The notes under the pieces: model-generated | Databases searched by the model: none | What the model was told of the DNA's origin: nothing | Seen by the model: only the letters and a program-made list of their open reading frames with translations | Source of the DNA: Mobula hypostoma | Taxonomy: Eukaryota | Direction of reading: 5' to 3' | DNA length: 64,000 nucleotides | NCBI RefSeq assembly: GCF_963921235.1 | Contig: NC_086097.1 | Coordinates: 127,412,001-127,476,000, forward strand | In this document: piece after piece, positions 13,847-26,021 of the stretch | How the letters are laid out: every line of letters starts with the position of its first letter | How positions within the stretch are numbered: the stretch's first letter is position 1 | Made by a program: the position numbers and the translations under genes

Positions 13847-14872
13847 CAGTCGACCTTCACTAATCCGACTACCTGTAATCCGGTTCCTTCGATAATCCGG
13901 CACTGATTTCAAATTTTCCGCGCAACTGTAATTTCAAATTTCCTGGGCCACCGTACCAATCTGCTGCATATTGTTTTGGTTGCGCTAGATCTGTTCACGT
14001 GTTGGCGCACTCTTGTAAGCACAGACAGACGATTCCTGCTTGTTTTCCTGCATGTATTAATATCATTTGCGTGGGGTGTGGCTGCCTGGCACCCGCCCAT
14101 CTCACCCGCCAGCAGCGGGGGAGCTGGTGTGCGCTGGGCCAGACTGCCTTCTCGCCCGCCTGCCGGCACTCGCACACTGCCCTCTGGCGTAGCACGGCCG
14201 GTGCTCCGTTCTCTTCTGCCTACGACCTCAGATCAGACATGGTGACCCACTGAATTTAAGCATATTACTAAGCGGAAGAAAAGAAACTAATGAGGATTCC
14301 CTCAGTAACTGTGAGTGAAGAGGGAAGAGCCCAGCGCTGAATCCCCGGCCGCCTGGCGATCACGTGAAATGTGGCGTATAGAAGACCTCCTTTCTCCAAC
14401 TTCTGCTTCCGCTCACCCAGATGTGCTGCCACCAACATCAACAGTTTTTTGAAGAAACTGTTGCGCCAGTTTCAGCAGTTCCTGATGCTTCACTCATTTT
14501 TCAAGACAAAGATGTTGGTGATCCTGACAACCCCACACTTGCAGACATGCAACTTTGCCTGAAGGTATATTAAACATCTCACTTTAGAAGCCGAAGTGCT
14601 CAACTGTTCTGTACAAGTTAATTCCTGTACATTTACCTATACCCTTTATTTAATCTGTGCCTGTACAGTATATTACTTCATTAAAATTTCACTTGCTACT
14701 CATTTACTATTTCTGTTTCATTATTATCCAATTTGTACCGATTTACATGATATTTTAAAGGTATGATGAGGCGGTTAGCTATTGCTTGATGTGATCCTTC
14801 TATAATTCGGCATTTTCACTAATCTGGCACTCCTCAGGTCCCAATGGTGCCGGATTATTGAAAGTTGACCTG
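13847..14872 (+). mobile_element. Non-autonomous pogo/Tigger-like DNA transposon carrying an rDNA fragment
   Basis: Imperfect TIRs CAGTCGACCTTCACTAATCCG / CGGATTATTGAAAGTTGACCTG. TA target duplication at 13845-46 and 14873-74 restores the LINE sequence tcagtatatcct. Subterminal taatccgg repeats. Confidence 0.85.
14223..14387 (+). pseudogene. 28S rRNA 5'-end fragment, preceded by GC-rich ITS2-like sequence (about 14070-14222)
   Basis: CGACCTCAGATCAGAC..GACCC.CTGAATTTAAGCATATTACTAAGCGGA.GAAAAGAAACTAA..AGGATTCCCTCAGTAAC..GAGTGAAGAGGGAAGAGCCCAGCGC.GAATCCC is the conserved LSU 5' end. Many differences are CpG to TpG/CpA, so it is probably non-functional. Confidence 0.95.
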
Positions 14873-16519
14873 TATATCCTTTTGAAAATAAGGAGCCCAA
14901 AACTGCACACAATACTCCAAGTGTGGTCTCACGAGTGCCTTATAGAGCCTCAACATCACATCCCTGCTCTTATATTCTATACCTCTAGAAATGAATGCCA
15001 ACATTGCATTCACCTTCTGCACCATCAACTCAACCTGAAGGTTAACCTTTAGGGTATCCTGCACAAGGACTCCTAAGTCCCTTTGCATCTCTGCATTTTG
15101 AATTCTCTCCCCATCTAAATAATAGTCTTCCGTTTATTTCTTCCACCAAAGTGCATGACCATACACTTTCTAACATTGTATTTCATTTGCCACTTCTTTA
15201 CCCATTCCCCTAAACTATCAAGGTCTCTCAGCAGGCTCTCTGTTTCCTCATCACTACCCGCTCCTCCACCTATCTTTGTATCATCGGCAAATTTAGCTAC
15301 AAATCCATTAATCCCATAGTCCAAATCATTGACACACATCGTAAAGAGCAGCGGACCCAACACTGACCCCTGTGGAACTCTACTGGTAACCAGCAACCAG
15401 CCAGAATAGGATCCCTGATCAGCCAGTGCTCCACCCATGGGGAATTTTGCTCCTGACAATTAAATTTATTGGTGCTTCAGATGAGTGGTATAAGAAAGTT
15501 AAGAAAAATTTAGACTACTAACACTAGTGCTAACTTCGTGAGGAAGAATACCCTAAAATGGAGACCAGTCAGAGGAAGACTTGCATTGCTATTCTCCCCT
15601 TTAGGGGTATCAAACCTTTAGGGTTGGATGCCTCTTTACAGGTTCATTGGAAGATGGCAGCAGTAGACACTCTAGTATACAGTGTCATGCCAGCGCAGAG
15701 AAGCTAAACCATGCTTAATGTCTATTGAGATCACATGTCCAAATTTCCACCATGTATCCAGGTTCATAGTGGCATGGGCTTTGAGCACTGGAGTAGGTTT
15801 TAGCGGAATCATCTGCTTCACCACCACATTTGTCCAGAAGTTATCCCTTTAAGTGTAACTTTAAGTGAAAATCCACCCTTTACATTCTGCCCAAATCTTT
15901 ATTTCCTCACAAAGCTTCCTGCAATGTTTCAGTATTTAAATGTGGATTATTATTTTTAATTCCTTTGCGCAGGTGCAGTTTTTTTTACCTCCAGATCAGT
16001 CTGAATCCTTGTGAGGCAGGCTGAGAATCACCAGCCAGGAACGACAATGATCTTCATTAGTCCATCGTTGATGAATAATGAACTTGACCAACACAGAGAT
16101 ATCTGTCAGAAGCACAGGCTTGTTATTGTCTTTATTACAGAGTCTGCCTGATTCCTGTGCCACCACAGTTGAATAATGTACATGAGTGCACAATAGTCTC
16201 AGGACTGGCTGCGGCACAGTTAACAAACATACACTTTGTACACAGCAAGGAATGCCATGAGAAAAGGAAAAGCATAGTGTGGTTTTCCATTATAAATCTG
16301 CTCACCATAAGTTACTTTGTTTGCAAACTATTCAAAAATAAACTGAATGGAACCCAGGCATTGTGAATGAAATTACTTTGACCTGCTCTCTGGTTGAATT
16401 CACTACGTGTTTATTCCAAGTTCTCATTTAAAGAGCAGAGGGTGAAGACTAAAAGGTATCTCCAGTATGTGCAAAACATGCAGTGGAGACTCAGAATCCG
16501 GATTATTATCACTAACATA

Positions 16520-17068
16520 CACTCAGTGGCTACTTTATTAGGTACCTCCTGTACTTACCTCATAATGTGACCACTGAGTATATGTTCATGGTCTTCTGCT
16601 GCTGTAGCCCATCCACTCCAAGGTTCAACACGTTGTGCCTTCAGAGATGCTCTTCTGCACACCACTGTTGCAATGTATGGTTATTTGGGTTACCGTCGCC
16701 TTCAGTGTGAGCCAGTTTGGCTATCCTCCTCTCACCTCTCTCACTAAAAAGACGCTTTTGTCCACAGAACTGCTGCTCACTTGATGCTCGTACCACTCTC
16801 TGTAAACTCAAGAGACTATTGTGCATGAAAAGCCCAGGAGATCATCAGTTCTGAGATACTCAAATCACCCTGTCTGGCACCAAAAATTATTCCACAGTCA
16901 AAGTCACTTTCTGATCCCCATTCTGATATTTGGCCTGAACAACAACTGAACCTCTTGACCATGTCTGCATGCTTGTATGCATTGAGCTACTGTTGTATGA
17001 TTGACTGAATAGATATTTGCATTAACAAACGGCTGTACAGTTTTGCCTGATAAAGTGGGCACTGTGTT
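16520..17068. mobile_element. Tc1-like non-autonomous element
   Basis: TIRs cactcagtggctactttattaggtac / ttgcctgataaagtgggcactgtg, flanked by TA. Confidence 0.7.
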
Positions 17069-17169
17069 TACGTCGTGTAATTAGTTGTTTTTTGGCAGCG
17101 GGGTCATGCAAGGAATAAAAATTACTACAAGTTATAAACACTATAAATAAATAGAATTAAAGAGGAATG

Positions 17170-18500
17170 ACAAGATAGTCTTCACGGGTTCATGGTTTGT
17201 TCAGAAATCTGATCACAGAGGGGAAAGAATTGCTCCTAAAATGTTGTGTGTGGTTCTTCAGGCTCCTGTACCTCCTTCCCAATGTTCGTAATGCTTAGAG
17301 GGTATACCCTGGATGGTGAGGGTCTTTAATGATAGGTATTGCCTTCTTGAGTTACTGTCCCCTCAGTGGGAGGGCGGTTGTATCAGCGATGGGGCTGGCT
17401 GAGTGTCCTCTGCATCCTTTCTCGATCCTGCACATTGGAGCCTTCATACCAGGTTGTGATGGACACAGTCAGAATGCTCTCCACCATACATCTATAGAAA
17501 CTTCCAACAGATTTTGGTGATATACCAAATCTCCTCAAGCCCCTAATGAAGCAGAGATGCTGGTATGCTTTCTTCATGGTTGCATAAATACATTGGCTCC
17601 AGGATAGCTTCTCTGACATGTTGACATCCAGAAGCTTGAAGTTGTTCACCCTTTCCACCACTGAGACCCCAATGAGTGTGTCTGTGTTCTCCTGACTTCC
17701 CCTTCAAGTCCACAACGAATTTTTTGACCTTGCTGTCAAGGTTGTTGCGGCGACACACCTTAACCAGTTGATCTATCTCACTCCTCATCGCCAGGTGAGA
17801 TTCTGTGAACATCAGTGGTGTCATTAATGAACTTGTTGCTGGCATTTGAGCTGTGCCTATTTTCTAAGGAAGCTGAGATTCTTCAATGTGTGCAGCAGGA
17901 TGTTGGAGATGTTTTATCAGTCTGTTGTAGCAAGTGCAGTCTTCATGGCTGCTTTATGTTGGGGGAGCAGCTGTCACAAGGATCGTTACAGAAAATCTTT
18001 CCTACCAAGTGCAATAAGCATTTACAACAGTTCATTTCTGTGCGACAGGAGAGCACGTATCACAGTACAATAGTCTCTGTTTTATTATTTCTTGAATTAT
18101 TATTGCACAGTATTGCATATTGGCAAATTATTATTGTGTATATCATTATTCTGTACTTTATTATTAGTTATTATTATTATAACTTATTATTATTGCTAAG
18201 TGTATTTTTAAATGTTACTGCTGTAACGAAATAATTTCCCACTTGGGATCAATAAAGTACTTATTATTGTCATTATTACTACCGATCTGCACGGACATGG
18301 ACTCCCGATAAGCAAGTCAAAGATCCATTTGCAGAAGGAGATACATAGGCCCAGATTTTGAGCTTTGTTAGTTACTACTGAGGAGATGATATTGTTGAAC
18401 TCTGACCTGTAGTCAATAAACAGCAGTCTTACGTATGTCTGGCTATTGTCTAGGTGCTCCACAGCTGAGTAGAGAGCTGATAAGATTGCATCCACCATAG
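17170..18500 (-). mobile_element. Degenerate L2/Rex-Babar-like LINE RT fragments
   Basis: VERVNNFKLL..KKAYQHLCFIRGLRRFG..FYRCMVESILT..ITTWY and HLDNSQTYVRLLFIDYRSEFN. A plus-strand piece of a related family lies at about 17850-18260. Similar 3' fragments occur near 4.6, 6.6, 36.5, 40.8, 53.6 and 58.2 kb. Confidence 0.7.
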
Positions 18501-20720
18501 ACTTGTTGTGAGCGGGCATCATGTCCATTTGATAAAAAAGACTTTGCAATGAATGCAAGGTTATTAATTGCTCCCTGCATCAATTAGAAACAAGTTCATG
18601 CCAGTGCAAAGTTTTGTCTCTCCCACCTTTTGGTTATCGTAGGAAGGAAGTGAACCATGAAGTTCCCCTTTGGAGAACTCCGGTAGTTTTGCTGATTATT
18701 GTTATGACATTGGGATTCTATTACTTTCTTTTCAGAGAACTATACAGTAAGTAGAATACTTTGATGCACAGTTTATTGTGAAGAATGCTTTGGGTAATGT
18801 TTAAATGGGCTTTTGAATGGAAAAATCACAGTGCCATTTTAACTACCCCTTCTTGGTGGGTTTCCCAAAGTCATATTCCTTAAATACAACACTTAAATGT
18901 TGTTCATTAGTGTAGTCTTAGTAGGCCAAAGAGCCTGCTTCCATACTGAATCTCTCTATAACTCAATGTCACTTTACGTGAATGGAACATCACCTGACAT
19001 ACTATACAAGGCAAAACAATTCCTAGATTACTACAATCTGCCCTACTGCATAATCTTCATTGTTAGTCTGTTCTCATCTCATGTAGCACATCTCAAATTA
19101 CCAGATTTAAGGTCTTCGTAATCTACTAGCAATTTTATTGAAAGTAATTCAGACTCCTGGGCTCCTGATCTGGAGGTGTTACGCCAGCTTTGGCAGCTGG
19201 GGAACTTTAAATACAGTTAACTTTCTAAATCTGTAGTAAATGGTGATATCCGTAATGATTACAGTTAAAGTAATGAATTGCTGAATACCCCATCTGTTTC
19301 ATTACCGTGTTTTGCAATTCTTACTTCTTGTAAACATAACCAAGAAGAGAGTACACTTCAGAGCATAAGATCATAGTAAAGGTGTCGTGGTAAGCAACTG
19401 GGTCATAGAACCCAGCTTTAGCTTTAGCTAGGAGGCATACGGTAGATAATGTGGAGTAAGTGAGATCTGAAATGGATCTACCATTAGGAGAGTAAGGCTG
19501 GAAATAGAGGAATAATTTTACTCTCCTTCAGCTGACGCATGGTAGTTAATGGTAAAATAAAATAATGGTAATAAAGAATAATAAAAAAAAAATTGACATA
19601 ATTTTTCCATGCAAAAAAAAACAAATTGAAAAATCAAGGCCAATTTTGCACACAATGTTCTTAACATCAAAAAGATTCAGCCCTAAAGGGCTGTAGATTT
19701 AGATTCCATAACTTTTACCAAAGGGAATTGTATAGATACTTGAAAGATGTAAATCTGCAGGGCATTTTGAAATGGAACTAGTTTGGAAGCCCTTTCAAAA
19801 ATACAGTAGTGACACAATGGACCAAATGGTTGGTGTTTGTCATTTTGTGAACACCTGGCACAGAATCCATTGGGAGGTTAAGAAGCTAATTTGCACAGGG
19901 TGCTGTGGGAATGGGGTCTCACAACCTGCTCCCACCTACTGTTTTCATTGGGTGATTGCCAGTAAACATGGCACCAGCTTGGCTCAGCAGCCATAAATCA
20001 CTCAAGGGAAAAGGCACCTCTCCTTAGGATCCAGGGTCCAAGGTGAAGACTACCAGCTTCCAGATTTAGGCACACCCATGAATTGATTAATTAGTGAGGT
20101 TGCCCTTGTTAGATCACAGGCAAGTGATCTGATGAAGTTGCCACATACAAATGAGGCCACACTGGTGTCAGTTATAGTGGTGCAGGCAGTGGAAGGGGAC
20201 TAGCTCAGAGTCAGTTAATTCCTGCAGGATGTGGACAAGCATCTGGACAGGAAAATCAAATGATTCACTTGCAGCCTGAGGACAACAGAATCGAAGTGGG
20301 ATTAATAGCCATGGAAAAACACGTTTTTTGGTCAAGTACTTAGAGCACAAAAACAGACAGTTTTGCTCAACAAACCCTTTCCAACAGAACATAGAAAAGT
20401 ACACACAGGAACAAACCCCACAGCCCACAATGTCTGCTCTGAACACAATTCCTAATTAAACTGAATCTCTTCTGCCTGTACATGACTCATATCCCTCCAT
20501 TCCCAGCATATTCAAAGTTCAACATTCAAAGTAAATTTATTATCAAAGTTTGTATATGTCAAAATATACTATCCTGAGATTCATTTGCCTGCAGGCATTC
20601 ACAGTAGGACAAAGAACCACAATAGAATCAATGAAATTTACACACAAAGACTGACAAGCAATAATGTGCACAAGAAGACAAAGTATAATACATAAAAAAA
20701 CAAATAATAATAATAATAAT

Positions 20721-21490
20721 AGCTTAAGAGTCAGACTCCCACAAATTATATTACATTATTACAGATAGGACAATCCACAATAGCCGTCCGGATATAATAA
20801 TACAAGATAAGTGTTGGCGCGTGGCCAAGTGGTTAAGGCCTCGGTCTGGTGATCTGAAGGTCGCTAGTTCGTGCCTCACCTGAGGCAGCGTGTTGTGTCC
20901 TTGAGCAAGGCACTTAACCACACACTGCTCTGCGACGACACCGGTGCCAAGCTGTATCGGCCCTAGTGCCCTTCCCTTCGACAACATTGGTGGCGTGGAG
21001 AGGGGAGACTTGCAGCATGGGCAACTGCTGGTCTTCCATACAACCTTGCCCAGGCCTGTGCCCTGGAAACCTTCCAAGGCGTAAATCCATGGTCTCATGA
21101 GACTAACGGATGCCTATTAAACAAGCAAAAACAACTTATTTAATAGATATAGCCATTGCAAACACAAATGACAGACAGAAATCAGTAAGTGAAGAACACC
21201 AGAAATATACTGAATTAAAAGAGGAAATTGAAAGACTTTGAAACATGAACACGGTATACATTGTCCCAATAGTAATATTTACAACTGGTGTCATTTCAAA
21301 GTCACTACACAACAGCATGAAACAATTTGGTCTCCACAGCAATATTCATGTAAATCTTCAAAAAGCCACAATACTAAACACCACTAGAATAGTCCAAAAG
21401 TTCCTAGCAATTGAGAAATGAGTGCACTTGGCTAAGCCCATACCTCAGGTTTTACCAGCTTGAGCAAAGTAAAAATATATTGCTATAATA
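20721..21490 (+). mobile_element. R4/Dong-like RLE non-LTR retrotransposon 3' fragment in a (TAA)n site
   Basis: Joined across the SINE it reads ITDRTIHNSRPDIIIQDKQAKTTYLIDIAI..KYTELKEEIERL..VPIVI.TTGVI..LQKATILNTTRIVQKFL (PD..D/E..K RLE domain). Flanked by aataataataataataat upstream and ataataa downstream. Confidence 0.75.
20812..21118 (+). mobile_element. Young tRNA-derived SINE
   Basis: A box TGGCCAAGTGG, B box AGTTCGTGCC, core gttgtgtccttgagcaaggcacttaacc. CpG-rich. Interrupts the RLE reading frame. Confidence 0.8.
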
Positions 21491-22708
21491 ATAAGTAATT
21501 AAATAATTAATACTGAGAGCATGAGTATGACCAATATTCTTCACTCAGCTTTTTGCCATAACCAGTCTCCAGTTCTTACTGGAAATTGCAAGCCACAATC
21601 AGTTTGAATTTAGAGGCACAGCTTTGCAAAGTGAAGTGATTAGGAGACTTCTTATCAGTATTAGCCAAACACAAGACAATGGGGTTACATCACTTAGCAC
21701 ATCAAACATGGTTACAAGTTGGAATGTTTGTGTACACAGAGGGCCAGCCCTCTCAGCATTAATTGTGGATCTTTGGGATCTCTGTCATCAGAATCTATTA
21801 AGACACGTGTTTGAGCTACATTGTCCCAGCAAAGGTATCTGGGAAACAACTTATGCAGATTATGTCATCTTGTCGAAAATAATGTAAATATTAGAAGTAC
21901 TGGGGATTGTTAGGAGTGACAAGGTGCATGACAGAAAGAAGAACTAGAATTCATTCCTCAACTTCCCGTTTATGCAACGGATAACTCATTCATCTACAAC
22001 TCATTGGTATGTTCTTTTAGTTCGTAAGAATTGTACCAGTGTTCAGAAAACCTTAATAGTTTTTGTAAATCTTTTGTAATTTGAATATCTTTTATAAACT
22101 AGAAATCTTCTGTGACTGTTAAATGTGCGTGGAGAATTATTTGTCTAAATTTGAACATGTATCATTAAAAATAAAATAACCATGTTTAAACTACTTCATT
22201 GGCCGGAAGTATCTCCTGATTGGTAAGGAGGGGGGACCCATCAGTCAGCACTGTCTATTAGCAGTTAAACTTCACTAGACAGGGATGTAAATTAATCTTT
22301 GAAGATTAGGTTGATATAGTACAACCTCCCTATAGTGAGGGTACCTATAGATATCAATATTGAATAGGGCTTAAAATCTCCTTTTGAGTTTAGGGCTTTG
22401 CAGACAGAGAACCCAATACCATCAGAAGTTCAGGGTTGACGTGAGTGAAGTTAACCACATTGGTTCAGAAGCCTGATGGTTGAAGGATAATATCTGTTCA
22501 TGAACCTGGTGGTGTGGGACCTAAGACTCCTGTACCTACCTCCTAATGATAGCAGTGAGAAGAGAGCATGGACTTAGATCAGTGGTTCCCAAAGTGGGCG
22601 ATATAGTCCCCCTAGGGGTGGTGGGAGTTTCTAAGGGGACAATAAAGATAAAGTGGATGGTGGGGGGAGATGCTTGGTAATAAGAGGGTGAAGCAGAGGG
22701 ATACAGAC

Positions 22709-24595
22709 TTATCCCCCCTTGTTCAATCCCTTCCTACCTATGTTCGTGACACTTCTCACGCTCTTAAACTTTTCGATGATTTTAAGTTCCCTGGCCCCCA
22801 CCGCTTTATTTTCACCATGGATGTCCAGTCCCTATATACTTCCATCCCCCATCAGGAAGGTCTCAAAGCTCTACGCTTCTTTTTGGATTCCAGACCTAAT
22901 CAGTTCCCCTCTACCACCACTCTGCTCCGTCTAGCGGAGTTAGTCCTTACTCTGAATAATTTCTCCTTTGGCTCTTCCCACTTCCTCCAAACTAAAGGTG
23001 TAGCTATTGGAACCCGTATGGGTCCTAGCTATGACTGCCTTTTTGTTGGCTTTGTGGAACAATCTATGTTCCGTGCCTATTCTGGTATCTGTCCCCCACT
23101 TTTCCTTCGCTACATCGACGACTGCATTGGCGCTGCTTCCTGCATTGACTTTATTAACTTTGCCTCCAACTTTCACCCTGCCCTCAAGTTTACCTGGTCC
23201 ATTTCTGACACCTCCCTCCCCTTTCTAGATCTTTCTGTCTCTGTCTCTGGAGACAGCTTATCCACTGATGTCTACTATAAGCCTACTGACTCTCACAGCT
23301 ATCTGGACTATTCCTCTTCTCACCCTGTCTCTTGCAAAAACGCCATCCCCTTCTCGCAATTCCTCCGTCTCTACCGCATCTGCTCTCAGGATGAGGCTTT
23401 TCATTCTAGGACGAGGGAGATGTCTTCCTTTTTTAAAGAAAGGGGCTTCCCTTCCTCCACTATCAATTCTGCTCTTAAACACATCTCCCCCATTTCACGT
23501 ACATCTGCTCTCACTCCATCCTCCCGCCACCCCACTAGGAATAGGGTTCCCCTGGTCCTCACCTACCACCCCACCAGCCTCCGGGTCCAACATATTATTC
23601 TCCGTAACTTCTGCCACCTCCAACGGGATCCCACCACTAAGCACATCTTTCCCTCCCCCTCTCTCTCTGCATTCCGCAGGGATCGCTCCCTACGCAACTC
23701 CCTTGTCCATTTGTTCCCCCCATCCCTCCCCACTGATCTCCCTCCTAGCACTTATCCTTGTAAGCGGAACAAGTGCTATACATGCCCTTACACTTCCTCC
23801 CTTACCACCATTCAGAGCCCCAAACAGTCCTTCCAGGTGAGGCAACACTTCACCTGTGAGTCGGCTGGGGTGATATACTGTGTCCGGTGCTCCCGATATG
23901 GCCTTTTATATATTGGCGAGACCCGATGCAGACTGGAAGACCGCTTTGCTGAACACCTACGCTCTGTCCGCCAGAGAAAGCAGGATCTCCCAGTGGCCAC
24001 ACATTTTAATTCCACATCCCATTCCCATTCTGACATGTCTATCCACGGCCTCCTCTACTGTAAAGATGAAGCCACACTCAGGTTGGAGGAACAACACCTT
24101 ATATTCCGTCTGGGTAGCCTCCAACCTGATGGCATGAACATCGACTTCTCTAACTTCCGCTAAGGCCCCACCTCCCCCTCGTACCCCATCTGTTACTCAT
24201 TTTTATGCACACATTCTTTCTCTCACTCTCCTTTTTCTCCCTCTGTCCCTCTGAATATACCTCTTGCCCATCCTCTGGGTCCCCCCCCCCCGTCTTTCTT
24301 CCCGGACCTCCTGTCCCATGATCCTCTCGTATCCCCTTTTGCCTATCACCTGTCCAGCTCTTGGCTCTATCCCTCCCCCTCCTGTCTTCTCCTATCACTT
24401 TGGATCTCCCCCTCCCCCTTCAACTTTCAAATCCCTTACTCAATCTTCCTTCAGTTAGTTCTGACGAAGGGTCTCGGCCTGAAACGTCGACTGCACCTCT
24501 TCCTAGAGTTGCTGCCTGGCCTGCTGCGTTCACCAGCAACTTTTATGTGTGTTGCTTGAATTTCCAGCATCTGCAGAATTCCTGTTGTTTGCGTT
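22709..24595 (+). mobile_element. Penelope-like element, 5'-truncated (RT, GIY-YIG, pLTR)
   Basis: Open frame to 24163 with RT motifs (TMDVQSLYTSIP, GVAIGTRMGPS, LRYIDD) and GIY-YIG endonuclease (GVIYCVRC..LYIGET..RFAEH). Pyrimidine-rich 3' region with a hammerhead motif. Confidence 0.95.
24457..24492 (+). ncRNA. Minimal type I hammerhead ribozyme in Penelope pLTR
   Basis: AGTT-CTGACGA-AGGGTCTCGGCCT-GAAA-CG-TC-GACT: intact core, short stem II, palindromic ACGT in place of stem III. Predicted cut after 24488. Confidence 0.8.
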
Positions 24596-25265
24596 AAGAA
24601 ATGAATTGCTTATTATAAGCATTTGAACCTCAGTGCCTCATAATTGATTATAATCATCAAGGAATCACCTCATCCCTTGCTAACCACCATTCTTTTAGAC
24701 TTTCCTTGAAGCACGTTGTAGTTGTTGAAAAGGAATGTGACACTTCTTTATTTGGCACATGATAAGAAATCTGGACTGAAGAAATTGTGTTATTTCCAGG
24801 GCCAGCCACACATTATTGCCATTCACTAGTGTAGTCCAGTGTTAGCTGGTACAATTCACATACCCTAATCACATAGAGTCACAATTCTTGTGAATTGGGA
24901 TATGGTTTTCAATGGAATAAAGTTCAGAATATGCCCTTTCAAATGGTCTTGACTGCATTTCTCCAGCCCAAATGAGATATCAGTGCTCCACTTTCTGTAC
25001 CTTCAGTCTGAGAGTCAGGTTTTGCCTGAGCTATGATGATGTCATAACTTTCCCCTTTATTGATTGCAGTGCCTGAGGTTGGACTTAAACAACAGACGAT
25101 TGATTGTGGTCATTAATCCATAACAAAAATGGCAGAAGCAGAACAAATGAAAAAGTAGTGTAGACAGTATAGTGTGGAGTATCTGAAATATTGATTATTT
25201 TCAATCACTTCATGAAAACTTTTAGAAACAAAAAACACTTCAAAATGTTTGCCAGCACTTTGCAA

Positions 25266-26021
25266 CATCATCATCATCATCAGGTGCCATGCCCAGTTTG
25301 AGCTTTGAATGCCACGGCCCACACACTCCCGTTTCGGGTCAAGTGGATCAATTCATTGGTATTTATTTCCAATTCTCTGGCTGCTGTCTCCATCAACATT
25401 TGTCTTTGTCTTCCTCTTGCTTTCTTCCCTTCAATCTTTCCCATAATTACCGCTCATTCTAACTCCTCTTTCCTAATCACATGTCCAACGAAGTTATGTT
25501 GCCTTTTCATGATCTCATACATTATTTCTCTTTTTGTGTTTGCTCTGTTCATGACATCCTTGTTAGATATTCGCTTTGTCCATGATATTCTTCGCATCCT
25601 CCTCAAAAACCACATCTCTGCTGCTTCATTTCATTTCCTCATGTTACTTAATATTGTCCAACATTCTGAGCCATATAACATAACTGGATAAACGTAACGT
25701 TTCAGTACTCTGAGGCCGGTTGTCATGCCTAGTTTAGTATTAAGTCAGTATACTCTTCATTCTCGTAAAGGTGTCTTTTGCCATCCCTATTCTTCTTTTG
25801 ATGTCCGTGTCGCACCTGCCATCTGATGTCACCCAGCTTCCTAAGTAGCAAAAGTTCTGTACTTGTTTTATGTCTTCCCCGTTGATTCTCAGCCTGCAGA
25901 TAGGATTCTCCTTCTTTTTGGATATCACCATACATTCTGTCTTTTTGCAATTGATAGATAGAACCATTTTTGTACTTTCTTCAACAACCATATTAATTAA
26001 GTTTTGTAGTTCTTCCTCCGT
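25266..26021 (-). mobile_element. RTE-clade LINE 3' fragment with (GAT)n tail
   Basis: EEELQNLINMV..LSINCKKTECMVISK..FCYLGSWVTSDGRCDTDIKRRIGMAK, with a (CAT)5 tail at 25266. Interrupts the hAT transposase. Confidence 0.9.

Larger units (their letters stand above)
13354..15440 (-). mobile_element. CR1 LINE RT/3' fragment, split by a DNA transposon
   Basis: PQGSVLGPLLF..FADDTKIGG, LVRPHLEYCVQFW and ERVQRRFTRMIPG. The sequence is continuous across the 13847-14872 insertion. Confidence 0.9.

Noticed and set aside
14223..14387. Functional rRNA gene
   Set aside because: Only 165 nt, CpG-decayed and enclosed in a transposon.
20812..20890. tRNA gene
   Set aside because: A and B boxes are present but run into a SINE body, with no proper acceptor stem or terminator.
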